64,000 bases of DNA from NCBI GenBank assembly GCA_050295575.1, contig JBNKPX010000004.1, positions 609-64,608 of the forward strand. The letters are read 5' to 3'. A model generated the notes under the pieces. It was given only the letters and a program-made list of their open reading frames with translations. It did no database searches and was not told the origin of the DNA. Shown piece after piece: positions 47,863 through 58,243 of this stretch (position 1 is its first letter; each line of letters starts with the position of its first letter). The DNA comes from Gammaproteobacteria bacterium (GTDB lineage: Bacteria > Pseudomonadota > Gammaproteobacteria > GCA-001735895). The position numbers and the translations under genes are program-made.

Positions 47863-48440
47863 TGTCTACCATAGTCGTGGCACAGAAAAACAATACTGTC
47901 TGTATCGCAGCAGATAGCTTAACCAGCTTTGGTGATACCAAGCAATCCGCGGAATTTGTTGCTGACTCCAGCAAGATTATCCAGTTTGGTGATTTTTATC
48001 TGGGCGTTGTGGGTAGTGCAGCGCATCAACTGGTGCTCAAATCCTTACTGTTGCATCATGCCGACAAGATTGATTTCAGCAGTCAGATGGCGATATTTGA
48101 AAGTCTTAAAAATATCCATCCGGTGCTCAAGGAGGAATATTTTCTAAATAGCAAGGATGAGGATGAAGATGCTTATGAAACCTCACGCATAGATGCTCTA
48201 CTGATCAACCCTCAGGGCATGTTTGGTATCTACTCTCTACGTGAAGTAGATCAATACACTAAATTCTGGGCGGTGGGATCGGGCGCAGAATATGCACTGG
48301 GTGCGATGCATGCGATCTATGAACACAGCGATACGGCTGAACAGGTAGCCAAGGCAGGTGTGATGGCGGGGGCAACATTCGATAATGCCTCGGCTTTACC
48401 GATGCAGAGCATTTCACTTAATTTAAAAAGTAAATCTTAA
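47862..48440 (+). CDS. Proteasome/HslV-like Ntn-hydrolase family protein (hypothetical)
   Basis: MSTIVVAQKNNTVCIAAD parallels the HslV N-terminus TTIVSVRRNG..IAGD. A Lys sits near position 38 (SSKIIQFGD) and a GSG motif occurs later (WAVGSGAEYALGAM). The start overlaps the ribD stop. Confidence 0.5.
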   Translation: MSTIVVAQKNNTVCIAADSLTSFGDTKQSAEFVADSSKIIQFGDFYLGVVGSAAHQLVLKSLLLHHADKIDFSSQMAIFESLKNIHPVLKEEYFLNSKDEDEDAYETSRIDALLINPQGMFGIYSLREVDQYTKFWAVGSGAEYALGAMHAIYEHSDTAEQVAKAGVMAGATFDNASALPMQSISLNLKSKS

Positions 48441-48451
48441 GCGAGTCCAAT

Positions 48452-49108
48452 ATGTTTACAGGAATTATTCAGGCCATTGGTAGCATACAGGCGATACAAC
48501 AGAAAGGCGGGGATGTGCGCTTGACATTAGACGCTAATGGATTGCTGCTCAACGATTCAGATCTGGGTGACAGTATTGCTGTTAATGGTGTCTGCCTTAC
48601 TGCCGTCGAATATACCGACAATGGCTTTTGCGCAGACGTATCACGCGAGACCCTGAATCTAACCAGCCTTGGCTTTCTTAAGCAGGGCAGTCGTGTCAAT
48701 CTGGAAAAGGCACTTACTCTGAACACGGCTCTGGGTGGCCACATCGTCAGTGGGCATGTGGATGGGCTGGGTACTCTGGTCAGTGAACGCAATGATGGCC
48801 GATCAATCCGCTATGAATTTACTGTACCGCAGAACCTTGCGCACTATATTGCCGAAAAAGGTTCGATAACCATCGATGGAACCAGTCTGACCGTTAACCA
48901 TGTCGATAATAATCGCTTCGGGGTTAATATCGTGCCCCACACTCGTGATAACACTGTATTTCAATTTTATGAAATCAATACGCAGGTCAACATAGAAGTT
49001 GATATAATCGCACGTTACCTGGAACGCCTGCTTACCGGTCAATCATCGGAGCAGAGCGATAATCAATTGCTGGCCAAGCTGGCAGAGTCTGGATTTATTA
49101 AGTCCTGA
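48452..49108 (+). CDS. ribE: Riboflavin synthase
   Basis: MFTGIIQAIG and an internal duplication with GHIVSGHVDG. Confidence 0.93.
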   Translation: MFTGIIQAIGSIQAIQQKGGDVRLTLDANGLLLNDSDLGDSIAVNGVCLTAVEYTDNGFCADVSRETLNLTSLGFLKQGSRVNLEKALTLNTALGGHIVSGHVDGLGTLVSERNDGRSIRYEFTVPQNLAHYIAEKGSITIDGTSLTVNHVDNNRFGVNIVPHTRDNTVFQFYEINTQVNIEVDIIARYLERLLTGQSSEQSDNQLLAKLAESGFIKS

Positions 49109-49133
49109 GTGAACAACAGAGAAATAGATAAGA

Positions 49134-50234
49134 ATGGCTTTAAGTTCAACAGAAGAAATTATTGAAGATATCAAGGCTGGCAAGATGGTCATCATTATTG
49201 ATGATGAGGGCCAGGAAAGTGAGGGTGACCTGCTGATGGCGGCTGAGGCAGTAAAGCCTGATGATATCAATTTCATGGCGCGTTATGCTCGTGGTCTGAT
49301 ATGTTTAACCCTGTCTCAGCAACGCTGCCAGCAATTACGCCTGCCATTGATGGTTAGTGATAATACTCAGGCCACAGAAACTCATTTTACGGTTTCTGTA
49401 GAAGCAGCAGAAGGCGTCACTACAGGAATATCCGCAGCGGATCGTGCGGTCACTGTACGCGCAGCTGTGAAAGCCGATGCATCTCCTGCTGATCTGGTTC
49501 AGCCGGGGCATGTATTCCCTGTTATGGCACGCAGCGGTGGGGTACTTGCTCGTGCGGGTCATACCGAAGCGGGTTGTGACCTGGCAGGTCTGGCCGGATT
49601 TGAACCAGCATCGGTTATCGTAAAAATTCTGGATGAAGATGGCAGCATGGCCAAATGCCCTGATCTGTTAAAGTTTGCCAAACAGCATGGTCTGAAAATT
49701 GGGACCATAGAGGATCTGATCCGTTATCGCATAGAAAATGAAAAAACGCTGGAACGTATCGTTGAAACTCACTTTCCCACCGATTTTGGTGATTTTAGAT
49801 TAGTGGCTTATGAAGATGCCATTGATCAGGAATTGCATCTGGCTCTGGTTAAGGGCGAGGTTAAGCCTGATGACATCACCCCGGTACGGGTTCATGTACA
49901 GAATACACTGTATGATTCCCTGTATGGAACCGTTGGCCGTGGCTGGCCTCTGGGCAATGTGATGCAAAAGATCAATGAATTAGGCCATGGCGTCATCGTT
50001 TTTTTACGGCAGTCAGAAACCCCTCGACAGATGGTTCAACATATAGAAGCCGTTATTCGTGAAGAGCAGGGCAGGCAGGATGAAGCTAGCGGTGATGATT
50101 TGCGTACCTACGGTATTGGTGCTCAAATTCTGGCTGATCTGGGCGTACATAAGATGAGCCTGTTATCTGCACCGAAAAAATTTCATGCATTGGCCGGGTT
50201 TGGACTCGAAGTTGTAGAGTATATTTCCGACTAA
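49134..50234 (+). CDS. ribB: 3,4-dihydroxy-2-butanone-4-phosphate synthase fused to a GTP-cyclohydrolase-II-like domain lacking the zinc Cys motif
   Basis: The DHBP synthase motifs DDEGQESEGDL and GHTEAG are present. In the C-terminal domain, the region aligning to RibA SECLTGD...CDCG reads VQNTLYDSLYGTVGRG and contains no Cys. Confidence 0.9.
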   Translation: MALSSTEEIIEDIKAGKMVIIIDDEGQESEGDLLMAAEAVKPDDINFMARYARGLICLTLSQQRCQQLRLPLMVSDNTQATETHFTVSVEAAEGVTTGISAADRAVTVRAAVKADASPADLVQPGHVFPVMARSGGVLARAGHTEAGCDLAGLAGFEPASVIVKILDEDGSMAKCPDLLKFAKQHGLKIGTIEDLIRYRIENEKTLERIVETHFPTDFGDFRLVAYEDAIDQELHLALVKGEVKPDDITPVRVHVQNTLYDSLYGTVGRGWPLGNVMQKINELGHGVIVFLRQSETPRQMVQHIEAVIREEQGRQDEASGDDLRTYGIGAQILADLGVHKMSLLSAPKKFHALAGFGLEVVEYISD

Positions 50235-50272
50235 ATGTATAAAATCTGAATTATTTAAAAAGAGATACAAAC

Positions 50273-50749
50273 ATGACTCAAATTAGAACCATAAACGGTG
50301 ATATCAGTGTTAGTAACGCTAAAATTGCCATCGTTGTCGGCCGCTTCAATGGCTTTATCGTAGACAGTTTACTGACTGGTGCACTGGATACACTGAATCG
50401 CTCTGGTGTTACTCCTTCTGACATTACTGTCAGTCATGTACCCGGTGCATTTGAAATGCCTTTGGTGATTCAAAAGTATGCCGAAAGTGGACAATTTGAT
50501 GCCATCATCGGTTTAGGTGCGGTAATTCGTGGATCGACACCGCATTTTGATTTTGTTGCGGGTGAGAATGCCAAGGCCCTGGCGAGTCTTGCACTTAAAT
50601 TTAATCTACCGGTTATCAATGGTGTCCTAACCACTGATACTATCGAACAGGCTATAGAACGCGCAGGTACCAAGGCTGGTAATAAGGGTGCAGAAGCAGC
50701 AATGGCGGCTATGGAAATGATCAGTCTACTTAGCAAAATCGGCGCATAA
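50273..50749 (+). CDS. ribH: 6,7-dimethyl-8-ribityllumazine synthase
   Basis: [15 protein letters not shown] and [14 protein letters not shown]. Confidence 0.95.
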   Translation: MTQIRTINGDISVSNAKIAIVVGRFNGFIVDSLLTGALDTLNRSGVTPSDITVSHVPGAFEMPLVIQKYAESGQFDAIIGLGAVIRGSTPHFDFVAGENAKALASLALKFNLPVINGVLTTDTIEQAIERAGTKAGNKGAEAAMAAMEMISLLSKIGA

Positions 50750-50754
50750 AGCTT

Positions 50755-51228
50755 ATGTCAAAATCAAACACGCCCGAACAACAAGAGCGGGCGCGTGCCA
50801 TAAAAAAGCGCAAGCATGCACGAGATAAGGTGCTGCAGGCGTTATATCAGTGGCAGGTATCTGGCGAAGACCTGGACTGGATTCGTGATATGTATTTGCA
50901 GGAACAGGGGGTTTCATCGGGTGATGAAGCTTATTTTCTAGAACTGCTGTACAAGATCCCTTCTGCTGTGGTTGAACTGGATGCGCTTTATAGCGAATAC
51001 ATTACTCAATTCAAGGATCATGTTGATCCAATTGAAGCCAATATCCTGCGTATTGCTACCTACGAATTCCAGCAGCATCTGGAAATTCCCTATAAGGTAG
51101 TGATTAATGAAGCCGTTAATCTGGCTAAAACCTATGGCGCGGATGACAGCCACAAGTTTATCAATGGTGTGCTTGATCCGCTGGCTCAGCAAATGCGCTC
51201 GTTGGAAACTCAGGCTGACAGATCCTGA
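50755..51228 (+). CDS. nusB: Transcription antitermination factor NusB
   Basis: [12 protein letters not shown] and [12 protein letters not shown]. Confidence 0.95.
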   Translation: MSKSNTPEQQERARAIKKRKHARDKVLQALYQWQVSGEDLDWIRDMYLQEQGVSSGDEAYFLELLYKIPSAVVELDALYSEYITQFKDHVDPIEANILRIATYEFQQHLEIPYKVVINEAVNLAKTYGADDSHKFINGVLDPLAQQMRSLETQADRS

Positions 51229-51240
51229 CAGGAATAAGCG

Positions 51241-52203
51241 ATGGCGGAGGGTGAATTTTCACTGATACAGCGGTATTTTGCCCATTCGTCTGCGCGTTCC
51301 ATCAATGACTCCGTATTACTGGGTATAGGCGATGATGCTGCTGTTATGCAGATCCCTGACAATCGCCTGCTGGTCCAGACCATGGATACATTGATCGCTG
51401 GCAGGCATTTCCCCGCATCAACCTCTGCCCGCGATATTGCTTACAAGAGCCTGGCGGTAAATGTTAGTGATCTTGCTGCGATGGCAGCGACACCCTGGTG
51501 TTATCTATTATCGTTGACCCTGCCAGAGATTAATCATGATTTTCTACGTGAGTTCTCTAGCTCCTTATTTGATGCTTCTGCAGAATTTGGAATCCAGCTT
51601 ATCGGTGGTGATACCTGTAAAGGTCCGCTCTCTATATCTATCCAGGCCAGTGGTCACGTAGCTACAGAGGGCTATGTGACTCGTAAGGGGGCCAGGGTAG
51701 GTGACAGGGTGCTGTTAAGTGGGAATATTGGCTCTGCTGCCTTAGGGCTATCCTCTCTGCTCGATCGATGCGAGCTGGATTCGGATACTCAGGATGAATG
51801 TTTACAGGCGTTAAACAGGCCTGTGCCCCGTGTCGATTTGATTCCTTTACTTGGACGTTATGCGACTTCGGCTATCGATATATCTGATGGTCTTGCCAGT
51901 GATCTGGGGCATATTCTCGAGCAAAGCGAGGTTGGTGCTCTAATACAGCAGAATGCTTTACCCGTTTTGCAGTGGATACGAAACCACAATGAGTATCAAT
52001 ATGCGCTTGGAGGAGGTGATGATTATCAGATTGTCTTCACGGTTTCACCGTCGCACTATGATGAGTTTATCGATGAGGTGAGAAAACAAAACCTGGATAT
52101 CACAGAAATCGGAGAGATTACTGGGCAGGGCTACTGGTTGCAAACCCCATTTGAGCAGATCAATTTAAAGCAATATCAGGGGTTCAATCACTTTGTCGAA
52201 TAA
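51241..52203 (+). CDS. thiL: Thiamine-monophosphate kinase
   Basis: EFSLIQRYF and GIGDDAAV, with an AIR-synthase-like fold. Confidence 0.9.
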   Translation: MAEGEFSLIQRYFAHSSARSINDSVLLGIGDDAAVMQIPDNRLLVQTMDTLIAGRHFPASTSARDIAYKSLAVNVSDLAAMAATPWCYLLSLTLPEINHDFLREFSSSLFDASAEFGIQLIGGDTCKGPLSISIQASGHVATEGYVTRKGARVGDRVLLSGNIGSAALGLSSLLDRCELDSDTQDECLQALNRPVPRVDLIPLLGRYATSAIDISDGLASDLGHILEQSEVGALIQQNALPVLQWIRNHNEYQYALGGGDDYQIVFTVSPSHYDEFIDEVRKQNLDITEIGEITGQGYWLQTPFEQINLKQYQGFNHFVE

Positions 52204-52672
52204 AAAAATACCGATAAGTTATCTTAAAAACCCTTTGCATTTTCTATCTCTGGGATTTGGCAGTGGTCTTGCGCCTTTTGCCCCCGGGACTTTTGGTACA
52301 CTGGCCGCTATTCCGCTCTACTGGTGCGCGAGTCAGCTCTCGCTGACTGCATTTCTTGTCACCATCGTGCTGGGTTTTGCAGTGGGAGTCTATCTATGTG
52401 GGTATACCTCAAAAGCACTCGGTGTACACGATCATTCGGGCATAGTGTGGGACGAGATAGTCGGCTATTTCATCACCATGATTGCTGTGCCCTTAGACTG
52501 GCGCTGGATGCTTGCGGGCTTTGTACTATTCAGGGTTTTCGATATCGCCAAACCCTGGCCTATACGTTGGGTGGACAAACAGCTGCAGGGTGGTTTTGGC
52601 ATTATGTTTGATGATGTTTTGGCGGGCATTTTTGCGCTGATTGCACTACACTTTTTAATCTACCTCATTTAA
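52193..52672 (+). CDS. pgpA: Phosphatidylglycerophosphatase A
   Basis: GFGSGLAPFAPGTFGT, VWDEIVG and FDIAKPWP. Confidence 0.9.
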   Translation: MSNKKIPISYLKNPLHFLSLGFGSGLAPFAPGTFGTLAAIPLYWCASQLSLTAFLVTIVLGFAVGVYLCGYTSKALGVHDHSGIVWDEIVGYFITMIAVPLDWRWMLAGFVLFRVFDIAKPWPIRWVDKQLQGGFGIMFDDVLAGIFALIALHFLIYLI

Positions 52673-52677
52673 CTATC

Positions 52678-53325
52678 ATGATGAAAACTTTGATCTGGAT
52701 GTCACTGTTTATTTACCTGCTGTTATATCCTGCAATGGCTCAGCAGGATTCAGTGAAAGTGATTGCCCTGTTTAATAATAAAGCCCTGCTGATGGTCAAT
52801 GGGGAACAAAAGATTGTACGAAAGGGAGAGAGTTTTAATGGAATTAAGCTTATTTCTTCTTCCTCAAGGGGGGCTTTGGTTGGCTTTTCAGATGGGCAGC
52901 AAAAGTTGCTGAATATCAACCAGTCTATTAGTCATGGATTTGCTGTACCCGATAAAAGTAAGGTCACTGTTTATGCTAATCATTCTGGTATGTTCATGAT
53001 TCAGGGGCGGATCAATGGGCATAAAACTCAATTTTTGCTGGACACGGGTGCTACCTCGGTGGCTATTAGTCAAACCGAGGCGGATAGACTTGGCCTGCCT
53101 TATGAATCTTCACAGCGTAAATATGTCAGTACTGCCAGTGAGGTGGTCCCGGTATGGAATATAATGCTCGATCACGTTACAGTGGGTGATATTCGTGTAG
53201 CTAATGTAGATGCTGTTGTGTTCGAAGGATCACAACCACGTACCCCTTTACTGGGAATGTCTTTTCTGCAGCATTTGAAGTTGAAAAGAAATGGTTCAGT
53301 GATGACGCTGGAACAAAAATACTGA
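52678..53325 (+). CDS. Membrane-anchored retropepsin-like (clan AA) aspartic protease
   Basis: N-terminal hydrophobic helix and the catalytic FLLDTGATSVAIS motif. Confidence 0.75.
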   Translation: MMKTLIWMSLFIYLLLYPAMAQQDSVKVIALFNNKALLMVNGEQKIVRKGESFNGIKLISSSSRGALVGFSDGQQKLLNINQSISHGFAVPDKSKVTVYANHSGMFMIQGRINGHKTQFLLDTGATSVAISQTEADRLGLPYESSQRKYVSTASEVVPVWNIMLDHVTVGDIRVANVDAVVFEGSQPRTPLLGMSFLQHLKLKRNGSVMTLEQKY

Positions 53326-53411
53326 ATAAATTAATTACACCCTCCGGCTTCTATCCCGTTACGGTTTTGATAGAATAGCGCGCTTTTCCTATTTAGCCCT
53401 GAGTATTCAAC

Positions 53412-54812
53412 ATGATAAGAACACGTTTTGCCCCCAGCCCTACCGGTTACCTTCATATTGGCGGTGCCAGAACTGCGTTATTCTGCTGGTTATTCAGTAA
53501 GAAAATGGGCGGTAAGTTAATCCTTAGAATTGAAGACACAGACCTGGAACGCTCTACTGAAGCTTCGGTTCAGGCCATATTACAGGCGATGGACTGGCTT
53601 GATATGGATTATGACGAGGGACCTTTTTATCAGACTGATCGTTTTGATCGCTATGCTGAAGTCATTCAGCAACTGCTTGATGATGGACATGCCTACTATT
53701 GTTCCTGCTCAAAGCAGCGCCTGGAAGATTTACGTGCTGAACAAATGGCGAACAAGCAAAAACCCCGCTACGATGGCTGCTGCCGTGATAAGGGCCTGGC
53801 TGCCGCCGAAAACCATGTCATCCGGTTTAAAAACCCGCAATCAGGCAGTGTGGTGATTAAGGACCTGGTAAAAGGGGACATCGAAGTGAGTAATCAGGAG
53901 CTGGACGATCTGGTTATTGCGCGTTCAGATGGTTCACCAACCTATAATCTAACCGTGGTAGTAGACGATCTTGATATGCAGGTCAGCCATGTTATTCGTG
54001 GAGATGATCATGTTAATAATACCCCGAGACAGATCAATATCTTCAAGGCTCTAGGCGCAGAGTTACCTCAATTTGCACATGTACCCATGATACTCGGTAG
54101 TGATGGTAAAAGGTTATCCAAGCGACACGGTGCGGTAAGTGTTATGCAGTATTATGAAGATGGTTATCTTCCCGAAGCACTGCTTAATTATCTGGTTCGT
54201 TTAGGATGGTCTCATGGAGATCAAGAGGTGTTTACTCGTGAAGAGATGATTGATAACTTCTCTCTTGAGGGTATTAATCGAGCAGCAGGCACGTTTAATC
54301 CCGAAAAACTGCAATGGATGAATCAACAGTACCTCAAATCAAGTGACCTTCAGTATATTGTTACCCTGGTGTTAGATAAGCTGAAAAGGTTGGGCGTCGA
54401 GGTTGATCCGGCTCAGGATATTTCATCAATCGTAGATTTGTATCGCGAACGATGTAAAACTCTGAATGAGTTGGCGGAAGGAATTTTATACTTCTTTCAG
54501 GACTTTACAGAGTATGATGCTAAGGCAGCAAAAAAGAATCTGAAACAGGCAGCACTGGAACCTTTGAATTTATTACTGCAACAGCTTGCTGAGTTGGCTG
54601 AATGGAGCGCGCCAGCAATACACCAGATTGTGGCTAATGTAACCGAGCAATTGGGTGTTAATATGGGCAAGGTGGGGCAACCATTAAGAGTTGCAGTTAC
54701 CGGTGGGTCGTTTTCTCCACCGATTGATCAAACTGTGGAATTCATAGGTCAGAGAAATACTCTTAACAGAATTCAGCAGGCGATTGATTTTATTCAGCAA
54801 AATAATCACTAG
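53412..54812 (+). CDS. gltX: Glutamate--tRNA ligase
   Basis: [19 protein letters not shown] (HIGH region) and KLSKR. Confidence 0.97.
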   Translation: MIRTRFAPSPTGYLHIGGARTALFCWLFSKKMGGKLILRIEDTDLERSTEASVQAILQAMDWLDMDYDEGPFYQTDRFDRYAEVIQQLLDDGHAYYCSCSKQRLEDLRAEQMANKQKPRYDGCCRDKGLAAAENHVIRFKNPQSGSVVIKDLVKGDIEVSNQELDDLVIARSDGSPTYNLTVVVDDLDMQVSHVIRGDDHVNNTPRQINIFKALGAELPQFAHVPMILGSDGKRLSKRHGAVSVMQYYEDGYLPEALLNYLVRLGWSHGDQEVFTREEMIDNFSLEGINRAAGTFNPEKLQWMNQQYLKSSDLQYIVTLVLDKLKRLGVEVDPAQDISSIVDLYRERCKTLNELAEGILYFFQDFTEYDAKAAKKNLKQAALEPLNLLLQQLAELAEWSAPAIHQIVANVTEQLGVNMGKVGQPLRVAVTGGSFSPPIDQTVEFIGQRNTLNRIQQAIDFIQQNNH

Positions 54813-54889
54813 TTTACGTTAAATTTATTTACAAAAAATGCTATAACAGCTTAACGTAAAAATAAATATCGGGTACAGGAATCAGCCGA

Positions 54890-55795
54890 ATGACGGGAAA
54901 GCCACTTCAATGTATTGTCATGTTTGCGGATGTCGCTGGAAGCACTGCAATCTATGAGAATCTAGGCGATGTTGAAGCTAGAGATAGAATCTCAAAGGCG
55001 CTGAATACACTGATCTCTATTTGCAAGCGCCATAAGGGGGTGCTGGTAAAAACGATAGGCGATGAAATCCTTGTCTATTTCCATGATGTAGACCTTTCTA
55101 TCCTGGCAGCATCCGCTATCCAGGAAACCATGGAGGATGGCCGTTCTCCTGAAACTGTAGGCATATCCATTCGTATTGGTATGCACTATGGTTCAGTTAT
55201 CTATGAGGGTAACGATATATTTGGTGATACCGTTAATGTAGCTGCTCGTGTCGTTGCAATGACTAAAGCGCGACAAATTCTCTTTACCAGTGAGTTGGCT
55301 AACCGGATCAGTTCATCCGAATTAAGCTATAAAACTCGACAATATGACCGTATTCGAGTTAAAGGCAAGGAAGAATCACTTGATGTTTACCTTTATTCCT
55401 GGGAGGAAGAGTCTGATATCACCAATATGGCAACTGCCAGCAGTTTTACTAACCCCTCCAAATTTGATCAGGCAGATGGTTTAACACTGACTTATGGTGA
55501 TACAGTTATCAAGCTGGATTTTAAAAGTTCTGGTATTAATATTGGTCGCGGCAAGGATTGCGATTTAATTGTGAGTGGAGATTTGATTTCTCGATTTCAT
55601 GCCAGGATTGAGGTGAGAAGGGGCAAGTTTGTGCTTATTGACCAGAGCACGAATGGTACTTATCTGCGAACTAGAGATGGACAAAACTTCTTTTTGCGAC
55701 AGGAAGATCTGGCCCTGTTTGGAAATGGGATGATCAGCCTTGGTAAAAATATTGATAAAGGCCCAGAAAATCTAATTGCCTATAGCTGTGATTAG
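54890..55795 (+). CDS. Class III adenylate/guanylate cyclase fused to a C-terminal FHA domain
   Basis: VMFADVAGST, GDEILVYF and GDTVNVAARV form the cyclase core. IGRGKDCDLIVSGDLISRFHARIE...STNGTYL is the FHA signature. Confidence 0.85.
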   Translation: MTGKPLQCIVMFADVAGSTAIYENLGDVEARDRISKALNTLISICKRHKGVLVKTIGDEILVYFHDVDLSILAASAIQETMEDGRSPETVGISIRIGMHYGSVIYEGNDIFGDTVNVAARVVAMTKARQILFTSELANRISSSELSYKTRQYDRIRVKGKEESLDVYLYSWEEESDITNMATASSFTNPSKFDQADGLTLTYGDTVIKLDFKSSGINIGRGKDCDLIVSGDLISRFHARIEVRRGKFVLIDQSTNGTYLRTRDGQNFFLRQEDLALFGNGMISLGKNIDKGPENLIAYSCD

Positions 55796-55800
55796 GTTTT

Positions 55801-57099
55801 TTAATTTTTAGCTATAGGTGGTTTCTCTGCATCCAGAAAGCTATCCGCAAGTGCCCTGTACAAAGGCCTGGGACAGATCAATGACGAGACACCCGACCCT
55901 AGAAAAGCGGTTACCATCAAGGGGAAGATCATATTCTGGTTAGAGGTCATCTCCAGTACGATTACCATGGCGGTGATCGGAGCCTGAATCACCCCGGAGA
56001 AATAGGCAACCATACCCACTAGTACCATAAAAGATTGAGGCGCAAGTGGTATGAAGTGAGCCAGGTTTTGTCCAATACCGGCTCCTGTCGCCAGAGATGG
56101 GGCAAAGATACCTCCAGGAATACCCGTAAAATAAGAGCCTAGAGTGGCTAGAAACTTGTAAACAGGGAATAGCTGGTCTACCTGTCCCTCGCCGGAAACA
56201 ATTTGATAGGCAGCACTGTAACCGGTACCAAAGCTGGTATGCCCTGAAAGATGTCCTATGTATGCTATAAACAGACCCAGCATGCAGGTGATTCTCATAG
56301 GGTAACGTCGCAGCCAGGGCTGGATGAGTCTATTCCCCGTAATCAGGGTTTGACTGAATACTCCCCCTAGAAAGCCACCAAGCACTCCGCAGATTAGCAT
56401 GCTGGCAATGAGTGAAATATCCATGCTAAAAACCACCTGACTCACCCCGAAGTATCTATAGTTACCCACCAGGGCAATGGCTGTCATGCCAGCAAAAATG
56501 ACAGCCGTAAGTATAATTCCATTGGTTTTCTGCACCATCGACTTACTGATTTCTTCCAGCGCGAAAACTATTCCAGCAAGCGGTGTATTAAAAGCGGCTG
56601 CTATACCGGCGGCCCCACCGGCAGCTATCATGCCGTGTTGATAATAGTGGGCAGGGAATTTAGCAAACCTTCCTAATGAATACATGATAGATGCACCAAT
56701 ATGGACGGTTGGACCTTCACGGCCGATAGATGCTCCTGAGAATAATCCCATTGTAGTAAGCAGCAGTTTACCAATGGCGATGCGAAACGATAATACAGAT
56801 TGTTTATTCTGTAGATCCAGAGCGGCTATGGTCTGGGGTATGCCGCTTCCATTGGCTCCGGGAAAATATTTGCGCATGAGCCAGGAGATCAGCATAAGAC
56901 CTGCCGGGGTTAGAATAAAAGGTAGCAGTGGATAGTCATCAAGTAAGCGCGTAAAACTATGATCAGCAAGGTCAGCCATTTTTGCAAATATTACAGCCAC
57001 AATGCCAACGATCAAGGCTCCAACCCAGAATACAAGACGTAGGCGCCAGGCTTTGAATGAGAATAGTCTACGTCGTGATCGTCGGATATGTTTGCGCAT
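55801..57099 (-). CDS. ClC-family chloride channel / H+-Cl- antiporter
   Basis: The selectivity-filter motifs GSGIP, GREGP and GIFAP are all present. Confidence 0.9.
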   Translation of the reverse strand: MRKHIRRSRRRLFSFKAWRLRLVFWVGALIVGIVAVIFAKMADLADHSFTRLLDDYPLLPFILTPAGLMLISWLMRKYFPGANGSGIPQTIAALDLQNKQSVLSFRIAIGKLLLTTMGLFSGASIGREGPTVHIGASIMYSLGRFAKFPAHYYQHGMIAAGGAAGIAAAFNTPLAGIVFALEEISKSMVQKTNGIILTAVIFAGMTAIALVGNYRYFGVSQVVFSMDISLIASMLICGVLGGFLGGVFSQTLITGNRLIQPWLRRYPMRITCMLGLFIAYIGHLSGHTSFGTGYSAAYQIVSGEGQVDQLFPVYKFLATLGSYFTGIPGGIFAPSLATGAGIGQNLAHFIPLAPQSFMVLVGMVAYFSGVIQAPITAMVIVLEMTSNQNMIFPLMVTAFLGSGVSSLICPRPLYRALADSFLDAEKPPIAKN

Positions 57100-57199
57100 A
57101 GTTAGTTAGTTAGGTTTGTTACTACTTGGTTATCGATATAATAAATTGCCTAAATTCAGGAAGTTGCCTGTATGAATAATAATCAATCTATGCACCCCG

Positions 57200-57510
57200 T
57201 CATCATGAGTATATTGAGCTGGGGTGTTATCCTGATTTTAGCAATCTGTACCAGAGCCTCGGTTTCAGGTTGTTATCATGCCATCAATGCGTAAAGCGAT
57301 AAAATTTATTAAAAACCATCATATTAATCTTATCGTCGCAGAGCTTAATTTTCAGTCTGATTTGAGGGACCGAAGTTCTCAGCTTGAGACAATGATGGCA
57401 AGTATCGCATAAGTATCTGATGTTAAGGTGACTGTATAATTTTAGTTTTCTCGAAACCCAGGCTTATCCAGTGGATGAGCAATGTCTGAGGCTGGTGCTG
57501 GAAAATCTAA
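57200..57510 (+). pseudogene. Possible decayed response-regulator receiver domain
   Basis: Fragments in three frames resemble successive REC segments: VILILA...SGCYH, then AIKFIKNHHINLIVAELNF, then FLETQAYPVDEQCLRLVLENL. Stops and frameshifts interrupt them. The pattern match is weak. Confidence 0.25.
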
Positions 57511-57514
57511 AAAA

Positions 57515-57865
57515 CTAAACATTACCCATCGTAAACTTTGTACCGGGTGGTCTATGCGCCCTTATTTTTTGACCTCTTAGCGCCAGAATCCTGTGTTGGT
57601 CGAGCAAAAGCTGATACAGGAACATTAGCTCCTCCTGGGCTTCAACTGGAAACCCCTCACGTCTTTTGCCGCCCTCAACAAGAATGAGCTCTTCCAGATA
57701 CTTTTGACCCTCGCTATATCGCCATAGGCTGCTGATTGTTTTAATCACTCTTGGGAATGATTCAAGTGCAGCGGGTTTTCCCGCTCTCATGCGCTTTAAT
57801 TGCTCACTTTTTTTGAACAACTGCTGAGCAATCTCAGGACTAATCACTCTGTTATTGATGGCCAT
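57515..57865 (-). CDS. Hypothetical protein (116 aa), no recognised family
   Basis: An intact ORF with plausible amino-acid composition. I recognised no motif. Confidence 0.45.
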   Translation of the reverse strand: MAINNRVISPEIAQQLFKKSEQLKRMRAGKPAALESFPRVIKTISSLWRYSEGQKYLEELILVEGGKRREGFPVEAQEELMFLYQLLLDQHRILALRGQKIRAHRPPGTKFTMGNV

Positions 57866-58069
57866 ACCGGTTAGGCGCTCGTATTGGTTAATAGCTTAAT
57901 GTTAGGAGGTGAATCATATATTACCACGCTTAATTATAAAGAGAATACGCATGCAAATATGAAAATAAAAAGCTGCTAAAAACGCAATATTCTCAGTTTA
58001 ATCTGCCAAGAATCATAGCATTGTACATTGTTTATAGTAAATTACTTGATAAATGCCAGCTAACTTATT

Positions 58070-58243
58070 GAATTAACATGGGCTTGGTGTCTGGATGAAG
58101 CTTCTATAATGGGATTGAAATTCCACTATCAGGTACATGTTGATGTACGTAGCTAACGCAAGCGATCCAATAATTAGCATAGCAGCTAAAAATATTAGAG
58201 TGCTATCAAGCCAGTTGCTAAGATTTTCAGAAATTATATTCAT
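58070..58243 (-). CDS. Candidate small membrane protein (57 aa, below the track cutoff)
   Basis: GGAGGA lies 5 nt upstream of the ATG at 58243. Encodes MNIISENLSNWLDSTLIFLAAMLIIGSLALATYINMYLIVEF..., with one clear TM helix. Confidence 0.35.
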
